From: Candidatus Poribacteria bacterium
Lineage (GTDB): Bacteria; Poribacteria; WGA-4E; PCPOR2b
Direction of reading: 5' to 3'
DNA length: 64,000 bases
NCBI GenBank assembly: GCA_965198175.1
Contig: OZ240245.1
Location: forward strand, 800,001 to 864,000
A program made the position numbers and the translations under genes. Below the pieces are notes generated by a model, which was not told the origin of the DNA, made no database searches, and saw nothing but the letters and a program-made list of their open reading frames with translations. This document shows positions 1 through 7,923 of the stretch, in pieces. Position 1 is the first letter of the stretch. The number at the start of each line of letters is the position of its first letter.

Positions 1-1238
1 TCCGCAAGCGATTCGGTCAAGGTTTGCAGACTCAGTCCTTTCCAACCAGTTTGACTCTTGCCATGGTGCTTAAAAGAATCACGAACTGCTGCATCCGTGC
101 GTTCGCCAAGCGTCACAGGAATATCGAGTTTTTCGCCCTCGCGCATCACAGTGACGGATACCTTGGAATGCGGCTTAGCCATTGCGATCACGTGTCGCAG
201 ATGTTTCACATTCATAATTGCCTCATCATCCACTGCGACAATTACATCTTTCCTTTTTAAGCCCGCTTTTGCGGCAGGCGAATCTTCAAGGATACGTCCT
301 ATAATCGCTCCCCTTGGGGTCTCCAGGTCAAGTTCCTCCGCCATTTCCGAATTAACGCCATGAATCTGAACACCGAGCCAGCCGCGTTTCACTTTCCCGT
401 GTTCAATGAGTTCCGTGGCGATGCGCCTAACGGTGCGGATTGGGATAGCGAACGCGCCGTCGGGCGAGGGAGCGAAACTCATTCCGATGACCTCGCCGCT
501 CGCGTTTACGACTGCGCCGCCCCCCGAACGGGAGCGAAGATTAGTGCTGATTTCGATTAAGTTGTCATATTCGACGGTGGGTAGTTGGCGTCCAGTACCA
601 CTAATGACGCCAAGGGCTACGGAAAGTTCGCCTGCCCTGCTGTGCCCGAGATTGAGCGCTAATTCACCAATCGCAACCTGCTCAGAATCACCAATCATCG
701 CATTCGGGATGGCATCGCTATTGATTTTGATTACCGCAATGCCCGTTCCTTTGTCTGCTCCAATCAGTTCGGCTTCAAAGCGCGTACTATTCTCAAGCGT
801 GACGGTAATTTCATTGGAATTGTCGACCAGTTGGACTACAGTGGCGATGTGGCCTTCATCATCAAGCAAAATGCCAGAACCAAAACCGCCGGAATCGGGT
901 AAATTCTGCGGGAAATGTGGTCCCGGTAGAGGGTGAAACTCCCGGTTTCCACTTTCCCAATTAGGATCGTGGAAAAAGTATCTATACTTGCCATCCCGCT
1001 GAGGAATTTCGTACGGAGTCCAGGATCGCTCTTGCTGCCTGACACGCTTTTCCGATGGCTCCGCTTCAATCGCAACCACCATTTTGCCAGCCTCACCCGC
1101 AATCTCTGCGAATGCTTCGCTGAGTTCTTGGAGCGCTTGTCGTTTATCTGCGGCTGGCGCTGCGGCGGGATGGAACATGTTAAAGGCGAACGCCAAGGCA
1201 ACTGCGATACAGAACGTTTCACGAACATGATATTTCAT
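1..1238 (-). CDS. HtrA/DegP-family (S1C) protein with PDZ domain, catalytic triad degenerate; 3' end runs off the window
   Basis: Not in the ORF track because it is open at the edge; translated by hand. ATG at 1238 follows AAGGAGG. Signal-peptide-like N-terminus, then GSGILLDDEGHIAT, IGADKGTGIAVIKI, GGAVVNASGEVIGM, AFAIP, GKVKRGWLGV and PDZ segment SPAAKAGLKRKDVIVAV. Confidence 0.9.
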   Translation of the reverse strand, partial: MKYHVRETFCIAVALAFAFNMFHPAAAPAADKRQALQELSEAFAEIAGEAGKMVVAIEAEPSEKRVRQQERSWTPYEIPQRDGKYRYFFHDPNWESGNREFHPLPGPHFPQNLPDSGGFGSGILLDDEGHIATVVQLVDNSNEITVTLENSTRFEAELIGADKGTGIAVIKINSDAIPNAMIGDSEQVAIGELALNLGHSRAGELSVALGVISGTGRQLPTVEYDNLIEISTNLRSRSGGGAVVNASGEVIGMSFAPSPDGAFAIPIRTVRRIATELIEHGKVKRGWLGVQIHGVNSEMAEELDLETPRGAIIGRILEDSPAAKAGLKRKDVIVAVDDEAIMNVKHLRHVIAMAKPHSKVSVTVMREGEKLDIPVTLGERTDAAVRDSFKHHGKSQTGWKGLSLQTLTESLA

Positions 1239-1554
1239 TTTCTGTTACCTCCTTATCTGTTTGGGAGGTAGCACACGCTAAAATATAGTTTGTTCCATGA
1301 AATGGGATTCGCCGCTTGGACAGTTGCGGATTAACTGAAAGTAGCACCAATTTTATTGCCACACTGATGCTTTGAAAGAGGCAGGGTAATCCCCCGTAGA
1401 TACGTCACATGAGACATGCAGTGGCATTAAAGACAAAGGGTATTTGCCAACCAATCAAACACCACGCGGTCCCGGGAAGATAATTATCTTCTCCCTGTTT
1501 AAGTCGAGACTAGGCGGGACAGGCAACTGTCAGCCCTGATGACTTGGAACCGTT

Positions 1555-2760
1555 TTAGTAGCGATGCATGGTTCCATCCGCCCGCCTTACAATCGGCATG
1601 TAGGAAGGTCGATAGGGGAACTGTTTCGCCAGTTCTTCGCTGAAGTCAATTCCAAGTCCCGGTGCATCGCTTGGGTGCGCATAACCGTCCTGTAGTTTAC
1701 AGGGAGTCGGAAACATCTCGCACAGCGTCTCGTTGCTGCCGAAGTCTGTCCACTCTTGGACGCCGAAGTTGGGAATGACCATTTGTAGATGCACCGCCGC
1801 CGCCTGTGAAATCGGTCCCAAATCCGCTGCGCCGTGAAACGCCGACTTAACGCTGAACGGTTCAGCAAGCACCATAATTTTGCGCGCCTCTGTGATACCG
1901 CCGACGTGCAGGGGAGCAATGCGGATGTAGTCAATCAACCGCTCTTGAAACAGCAACATGCACTCGTCCCGATTAGTGAACAACTCACCGATAGCGAGGT
2001 GCGTGGTACAGGATTGCCGAATTTGCCGCAACCCTTCGCGTTCCTCTGGCATCACCGGATCTTCAAGGAAAAAGAGTCGGTACGGCTCCAGTCGTTTTGC
2101 CAACCACGCGGCTTCCGTTGGTGTTAACTGCTCATGTACATCGTGACACAACTCAACTTCCATACCGAGTGCGTTACGTAGCTGCTCAAACATTCGTGGT
2201 GTTTCAAGGAGGTAACCCGCCGGTTCAAAGATTGCTGTGCCGGGTACACCGTCACGTATGGGTGGTTCATAATCGAGGCGACCGCTCCCGCCGTAGTCAC
2301 CGCTCTGGCAGCGGACAATTTTAAAGCCGCGTTCCAAGAATGAACGAACGCTATCTTCTATCTCTTTTGCGTCTCGCCCGCCTGCATGTCCATAAACCTT
2401 CACGCCCTTCCGTGACGCACCGCCCAACAATTGGTAAACGGGCAGGTTGGCAATCTTTCCCTTAATGTCCCACAGGGCAAAGTCAATTGCAGACAGCGCC
2501 GCTTTAAACACCGGCCCTGCCCGCCAGTAACCGCTGCGGTAAATCAAGTGCCATAAATCTTCGATGTTCTGTGGGTCCTGACCGATGAGCAACTCCTTGA
2601 TGTGTTCGAGATACCGAGCGACAACAATTTCGCTTCCGTTGAGCGACCCCTCGCCCACTCCATAAACCCCTTCATCGGTAAAGACTTTGATGACAACGTA
2701 ATTCAGTCCTGCCGGACGGGTGACGAAAACACGCACGTCAGTAATTTTCATATTAGTCAC
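1555..2760 (-). CDS. Enolase-superfamily dehydratase, D-mannonate dehydratase (RspA/ManD)-like
   Basis: AIDFALWDIKGK, LPVYQLLGG; metal-ligand motifs HDVHE, EDP, GEL; C-terminal PGLGID. Confidence 0.85.
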   Translation of the reverse strand: MTNMKITDVRVFVTRPAGLNYVVIKVFTDEGVYGVGEGSLNGSEIVVARYLEHIKELLIGQDPQNIEDLWHLIYRSGYWRAGPVFKAALSAIDFALWDIKGKIANLPVYQLLGGASRKGVKVYGHAGGRDAKEIEDSVRSFLERGFKIVRCQSGDYGGSGRLDYEPPIRDGVPGTAIFEPAGYLLETPRMFEQLRNALGMEVELCHDVHEQLTPTEAAWLAKRLEPYRLFFLEDPVMPEEREGLRQIRQSCTTHLAIGELFTNRDECMLLFQERLIDYIRIAPLHVGGITEARKIMVLAEPFSVKSAFHGAADLGPISQAAAVHLQMVIPNFGVQEWTDFGSNETLCEMFPTPCKLQDGYAHPSDAPGLGIDFSEELAKQFPYRPSYMPIVRRADGTMHRY

Positions 2761-2961
2761 GCCTCTCTGAAAATGTGGGATGGTTCAATTTTCTGACAAG
2801 TCTGATAAGGTTGAAATGGACAATCCTATCTGAAGAATCACTTTCAAGTTGTAAATGAAGTAGAATTCTGCTATAGTTCTGACATTACTCAACAAATCTC
2901 ATAACTCATACTAACTTACAATTGGTAAGGTAGTTAAAGCTGCATTTTTTAGGAGGATTTC

Positions 2962-3387
2962 ATGTCTAAGTTTACGGTCTACAAAGGATACGAGGAAGAC
3001 GCACCACCCCCCAAGATTCCCAAGCCCGATGTGTCACCGGACCCTATGATTGTAACCGTTCAAGAGGGAATCCCAATTCAATTCCCGCCCTGCGAGGGCG
3101 CTGCTGTCCGCGTTCTACATCCCACCAATCCCAACGCGCCGTCGCAGAATTTCGGCATCACCCAACTCTACATGCCGCCGCATTCCGTACTCGCGGCGGG
3201 TTCGCACGAACCCGAGGAAGCCTACGTCATTCTCCAAGGCAAAGGTGAGATGACTTTTGCCCACTACACCCGTGAGGTCAAAGCGGGCGATTTCATTTAC
3301 TTACCGCCCTGGTGCGTACACGGTCTTGAGAACACCGGAACTGAGATGTTAATCGTCCTAGTCTGTACGTCGCCAACGAATCCGTAA
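2962..3387 (+). CDS. Cupin domain protein
   Basis: AGGAGG RBS; cupin motifs H-EPEEAYVILQGKG and GDFIYLPPWCVHGLEN. Confidence 0.85.
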   Translation: MSKFTVYKGYEEDAPPPKIPKPDVSPDPMIVTVQEGIPIQFPPCEGAAVRVLHPTNPNAPSQNFGITQLYMPPHSVLAAGSHEPEEAYVILQGKGEMTFAHYTREVKAGDFIYLPPWCVHGLENTGTEMLIVLVCTSPTNP

Positions 3388-3397
3388 CAATCAACCC

Positions 3398-3518
3398 ACT
3401 GAATAGGATCAAGCGACCAGGGAGCGCGATAGTTTTAACAGCCAGCTGTGTTTTAACAAGCGATAGTCTTAACCTTATTCGAAAGACTATCGCCCTCCTT
3501 ATTCAGTCGCTTGATCCC
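3398..3518. repeat. Dispersed inverted-repeat element, copy 1
   Basis: GGATCAAGCGAC (3406-3417) pairs with GTCGCTTGATCC (3506-3517); GCGATAGT...ACTATCGC arms; 3483-3518 matches 50795-50830 at 33/36. Confidence 0.75.
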
Positions 3519-4168
3519 GCCCTAACATAATTGGGTGTCAATGAGAAATAATCGTCTGACTGCCCATTTAATATACGTTCGTAGCCAAGTCGAGCGATAT
3601 TCGATCCCCGTGGGACGTGGAAGGTTGCCGCTGCAAAAATCACATTTTTCCCAAATCGACTGTGGATGGTGCTTGCATACCTCCTCAACCCGTCTCCGAC
3701 AAACACGGCTGGCTCACTGACGCAATCCAAAAAGGCTTCAATCGAAACACATAGATCTTCAGATTTTCGCTCCATCCTTTCGCCGCCGTGAAAAATTGCG
3801 CCATATATTTCATTTCGACGGGCATCAAGAATGGGGCAAATCAGCGCGTTTGTGTAACGCAGGTTGTCAGCAATCGCCGCTAGTGTGGAAACACCGATGA
3901 TCGGTTTTCTGATTGCATAGCAGAGCGCTTTGACAGCGCCAACACCAATTCGAACGCCTGTAAATGAACCGGGACCCACTCCCACAGCGCACGCATCAAG
4001 CTCATGAATGGTCAGGTTTGCCCAGTTTAAGATCTGATCGATTGCTGGAATCAAGCGCGATGAGTGGGTCTTTTCGATATTTAAGCTGTGCTCCCCTATG
4101 AAGTTTTCACCGTCGATTAAACCAACGCTGCCGATGGGAGTTGAAGTATCAACACCAAGAATTTTCAT
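3503..4168 (-). CDS. tsaB: tRNA t6A biosynthesis protein TsaB
   Basis: ILGVDTS, GPGSFTGVRIG, DARRNEIY, PNYVR. Confidence 0.95.
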   Translation of the reverse strand: MKILGVDTSTPIGSVGLIDGENFIGEHSLNIEKTHSSRLIPAIDQILNWANLTIHELDACAVGVGPGSFTGVRIGVGAVKALCYAIRKPIIGVSTLAAIADNLRYTNALICPILDARRNEIYGAIFHGGERMERKSEDLCVSIEAFLDCVSEPAVFVGDGLRRYASTIHSRFGKNVIFAAATFHVPRGSNIARLGYERILNGQSDDYFSLTPNYVRAGSSD

Positions 4169-4225
4169 ATTCGGTTTGATTAGAAACTACCATTCCGTCA
4201 TGGATTTGTTCTGTTATAAGGTGCA

Positions 4226-5359
4226 TTAATCCACAATCGATTGACGATTCTTCTCTTCAATTAATCGCTCAATGACCCGCCGCATGCCTTCTTTGAATTT
4301 CTGACGATTAAATTTCTCCGCATGTTGTACGATACGCTGCGATGAAAACTTAGCTTCTATAGGCTCATAACGCTCTACAGCTTCAACAAGCGCTTCCGGC
4401 GTCTGTTCATCAAAGAAAAGTCCCGTTACCCCATCCACTACCGTTTCCAGGGCTCCGCCCCCTTTAAAAGCAATGACGGGGCGTCCTGATGCCATAGCTT
4501 CTACAGGAACAATGCCGAAATCTTCTTCACCGGGAAAGATTAGCGCGCGACAACGCGCATAGTGCTCCCGGAGGACTGAGAAGGGTTGTCGTCCTAAAAA
4601 GGTTATGTTGGGGGCAGCCGCTTTTCTCAGCCTTTCCAATTGCCCACCGTGACCGATGATAATCAGTCGCTTCCCCAACCTGTTAAATGCCTCTACTGCT
4701 AGGTCTACTCGCTTATAAGGAACGAGTTCGCCGACCATTAAGTAGAAGTCGCCCCGTATATTAGACGGCGCAAATGCGTCAGTATCCACGGGAGGTGGAA
4801 TGACTTCAGATTCGCGGCGGTAATACCTCATAACTCGCCTTGCAACGTAGGCGGAATTCGTGATAAATCGATCGACCCGCGAAGCTGAAGTCAAATCCCA
4901 CATACGCAAGTAATGAATGACGGGCGGCATTAAAATGCGCTTCAGCCAGCCAGCCGTTTCTTGATAGTCGTGATACATGGGCCACACATAGCGCATTGGC
5001 GTATGGCAGTAGCACACATGCAAAGTCTCCGGCGGAATCACAACCCCTTTGGCTGGACCCGACTCGCTGCTTATCACTAGATCATAGTTCTTCAGATTCA
5101 GTTGTTCAAGCGCGATCGGCATCAAAGGCAAATAACTCTGATAATGGCGAATCGCCCCGGGCAGTTTATGAATAAAGGTAGTGTGGATTCGATGCTTGTT
5201 AATTGTCTCAGAAATAGCGGATGGGTTGTATACATGGGTGAAGACAGCCGCGTCAGGAAAGAGCTCACAGAGCGCTTCCACTACCTTTTCTCCGCCGCGC
5301 ATACTAACCAGCCAGTAATGGACAATTGCAACCTTCAATACCCAATACCCCTGTTTCAA
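4226..5359 (-). CDS. Glycosyltransferase family 4 (GT-B)
   Basis: GGEKV, YCHTPMRY, EDFGIVPVEAMASGRPV. Start codon uncertain. Confidence 0.92.
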   Translation of the reverse strand: MKQGYWVLKVAIVHYWLVSMRGGEKVVEALCELFPDAAVFTHVYNPSAISETINKHRIHTTFIHKLPGAIRHYQSYLPLMPIALEQLNLKNYDLVISSESGPAKGVVIPPETLHVCYCHTPMRYVWPMYHDYQETAGWLKRILMPPVIHYLRMWDLTSASRVDRFITNSAYVARRVMRYYRRESEVIPPPVDTDAFAPSNIRGDFYLMVGELVPYKRVDLAVEAFNRLGKRLIIIGHGGQLERLRKAAAPNITFLGRQPFSVLREHYARCRALIFPGEEDFGIVPVEAMASGRPVIAFKGGGALETVVDGVTGLFFDEQTPEALVEAVERYEPIEAKFSSQRIVQHAEKFNRQKFKEGMRRVIERLIEEKNRQSIVD

Positions 5360-5552
5360 AAGAACTCGTAGGACAAGTCTAAATCTATCATCGCCCGCAA
5401 ACAGATTCCAACGTATTCATGTATTAGAGAGCGGAGGACAGGAAGGAAGAGTAGGAATTGACGAAATCAATATGAGTCGTATTGACAATCCTGTCAAATT
5501 ATTTCACGCAGCAAAAGAGATGTCAAGATAAATATGTGTGGGCAGAATGCCC

Positions 5553-5581
5553 TTGCACGTCGCAATTCCGCATGCTATGAT
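5553..5581 (+). promoter_or_regulatory. sigma70-like promoter with extended -10
   Basis: TTGCAC, 17 bp spacer ending TGC, then TATGAT, upstream of the ATG at 5624. Confidence 0.55.
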
Positions 5582-5623
5582 AATACCCAAAATCAGCCGT
5601 GGGAAAGACTTAGGAGAACAGCA

Positions 5624-7471
5624 ATGTCTCAGTTTTGGGATCGAATCGCTTCAGAATACAATGCTGGTGTTTCTCACCAATTTCTGCTCCATTTTAATGT
5701 TGAAGATCTTGTCCGTGATGAAGTATGCGGATATTTGCCGATGTTTCCTTACCTAATGGAGCAACTGAATGCCCTAGGCTGCGATTTTGTCATCGGATAT
5801 ACGCCTTCACAAGGCGTCATTTGGCCCGATGTCAATCAGTGGAAAGTTGTCCAAAAGTGGTTGGGATTGCTTCCCTATGAAGAACAACAAGATGATGGAT
5901 CGCGGGCGCCCATTAACTCAAAGGTCCATCACTGGAAACTGAACGAAGACGCCTTTTTAACAGGCAAACACCCGCCTAGTGACGAGGTGCGGGAAAACCT
6001 TGACGCCCTCCTTCATGAGGGGCGTGCTAAGGTTGGGCTAGTCATCAACTTTGTTGAGAAGATCGTTCCGAATACTGAGTTGACGGCGCTTGATAAGGAA
6101 TCCTCCCTCTTTCTCGATATGTTTCAAGAGTGGGCGGGGGATTTCGATATACGTATGAAAAAAAATGTCGTGCTGCTCATGACGCAAAATCTTGCTGACG
6201 TCCATCCGGCTCTGGTGAAGCAATCCGAAATCCCCACAATCGAAATCCCATTTCCTGACTACAATGAGCGGTTGGAATTCATCAAATATCTCATCAATGT
6301 CCCAATCCCCTCGCCCCCGCCGACCGGCACCCAAATCACCAAGTCGGTCACCCTTGCCCCCGGATTTAGCGTGGAGCAGCTTGCTCGCGATACGTCGGGA
6401 TTGAACCTGTTCGGGATACATGACGTTGCGCTGCGTGCTGAAGAAGCGCAGACGGAAATCACACGTGAGTTGACTGAGAGTTATCGCCGAAATCGCGTTG
6501 AAATCTTCAGCCACGGCATTGTCGAAGTCCGCAACACTTCGACTGATCTGGATGGAGTACACGGGCTGGACCACGTGATTGCTGTCATTCGTGACGTTGC
6601 CGCCGCCATGAGCGAAGGTGACCTTCAGCGCGTGCCACGCGGGTTGCTTTTTCTCGGAACACCCGGCACTGGCAGAGCCATGGCTGCTGAATTGCTCGCA
6701 GGTTATGGCAATATGGCGTTAGTGAGGCTCAGAAATATACGCGAAATCGGTGCAGAATACACCTATCCCAGTGGTCAGGAACACGCTTATAATCGTAGCT
6801 TGAAGCTCGCCATTAACTTTGTTCAGGCCATTGCGCCCGTTGTTGTATTAATTGATTTGGACGAGGCTTGGGCGATTCGAGCGGGTTTGCAGCCTTCTTC
6901 GCAAGACAGCACGTTGCCGATTGAGTTATTGAATGCTATTGATGACCCCTCGCTACACGGTAAAGTGATATGGATTGGAACATCAAATCGCCCCGATCTG
7001 ATGGACACAATCTTCCGTAGAGATGGGCTTTTCGATCACAGATTGGTCTTTCTTCCACCCACACCAGCGGTACGCGCTGATATTATTGAGAAATTTTTCA
7101 GGGATGCCCAGATTGCTGTCCAACACATCGATTTTGGAAAGATTGGTACGGATGGATTTACGGATGGACTTTGCAGTAGCCACCTTTATGTTATCGTGCA
7201 GCGAAGTTACAACATCGCGAAACGTAATAATCGACACACCGTTACTGAGGCGGATCTCATCGAAGCGGCAATTGACTTTGTGCCGGAGTTTTCACCCGAG
7301 ATGAATGAGTTTACTGCACTGCTCGCCCTGCGGGAAGCAAATTCCCGTTCAATGATCCCTGCCGCACTACCCGAAGAATTTCAGGGATTTGTTGCAGGCA
7401 ATCGAATCAATAAGACAGCGATCAATCAGCGTGTGATAGAACTCGCACAACAGCTTGGGTTGGAGCCATAG
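5624..7471 (+). CDS. AAA+ family protein (SpoVK/Ycf46/Vps4-like) with degenerate ATPase motifs
   Basis: Start moved to ATG 5624 after AGGAGA. PRGLLFLGTPGTGRA, VVVLIDLDEA, GTSNRPDLMD...RRDGLFD; N-terminal degenerate AAA module. Confidence 0.8.
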   Translation: MSQFWDRIASEYNAGVSHQFLLHFNVEDLVRDEVCGYLPMFPYLMEQLNALGCDFVIGYTPSQGVIWPDVNQWKVVQKWLGLLPYEEQQDDGSRAPINSKVHHWKLNEDAFLTGKHPPSDEVRENLDALLHEGRAKVGLVINFVEKIVPNTELTALDKESSLFLDMFQEWAGDFDIRMKKNVVLLMTQNLADVHPALVKQSEIPTIEIPFPDYNERLEFIKYLINVPIPSPPPTGTQITKSVTLAPGFSVEQLARDTSGLNLFGIHDVALRAEEAQTEITRELTESYRRNRVEIFSHGIVEVRNTSTDLDGVHGLDHVIAVIRDVAAAMSEGDLQRVPRGLLFLGTPGTGRAMAAELLAGYGNMALVRLRNIREIGAEYTYPSGQEHAYNRSLKLAINFVQAIAPVVVLIDLDEAWAIRAGLQPSSQDSTLPIELLNAIDDPSLHGKVIWIGTSNRPDLMDTIFRRDGLFDHRLVFLPPTPAVRADIIEKFFRDAQIAVQHIDFGKIGTDGFTDGLCSSHLYVIVQRSYNIAKRNNRHTVTEADLIEAAIDFVPEFSPEMNEFTALLALREANSRSMIPAALPEEFQGFVAGNRINKTAINQRVIELAQQLGLEP

Positions 7472-7793
7472 TTGTCTCATGTGAACGATATGTTGTTGGC
7501 GTTGGTTCTCCATACATGCCCGCCCCCAATCAAGATTAAGGCACTTTGAAGGTGAAACGAAAAGGCTGACTAAAATGTCAATTTGACAAATACTGTATCG
7601 GTCAAGAGGATGGTTTACCCACGTTGCTGCTTCTATCGGGGAATGCTCCCCCTCGCTAAGCTTACTATTACCCACATCTCAATGAGAGCGCGGTAGTCTT
7701 CGCTGGTGCTCCTTCCCTATTCGGTCAGTTGATCGCCCCGTCGGAGTGCAAGACATTGTTAGCTATGCGAATGTAATGCGATTAGAAGAGCTT

Positions 7794-7864
7794 CGCTCCA
7801 GCGGAGCGACATGTCTATAGAAACAGCAGTCACGCCCCTCTTCCGCTTCAGCGGAGTGGTATGT
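7794..7864. repeat. Tandem pair of short palindromic REP-like hairpins
   Basis: CGCTCC-AGC-GGAGCG-ACATGT and CGCTTC-AGC-GGAGTG-GTATGT, 50 bp apart. Confidence 0.65.
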
Positions 7865-7923
7865 TACTCTCCAAGTGGCGCGTTTTTAGGATTCTATATT
7901 GCCTGACGCCGAAGGCTGACACC

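Noticed and set aside
24..1271. Plus-strand ORFs and the 836-1228 minus-strand ORF in the track
   Set aside because: Shadows of the real minus-strand HtrA-like gene starting at 1238.
1342..1362. Possible sigma54 promoter TGGCA...TTGG
   Set aside because: Lacks the GC at -12.
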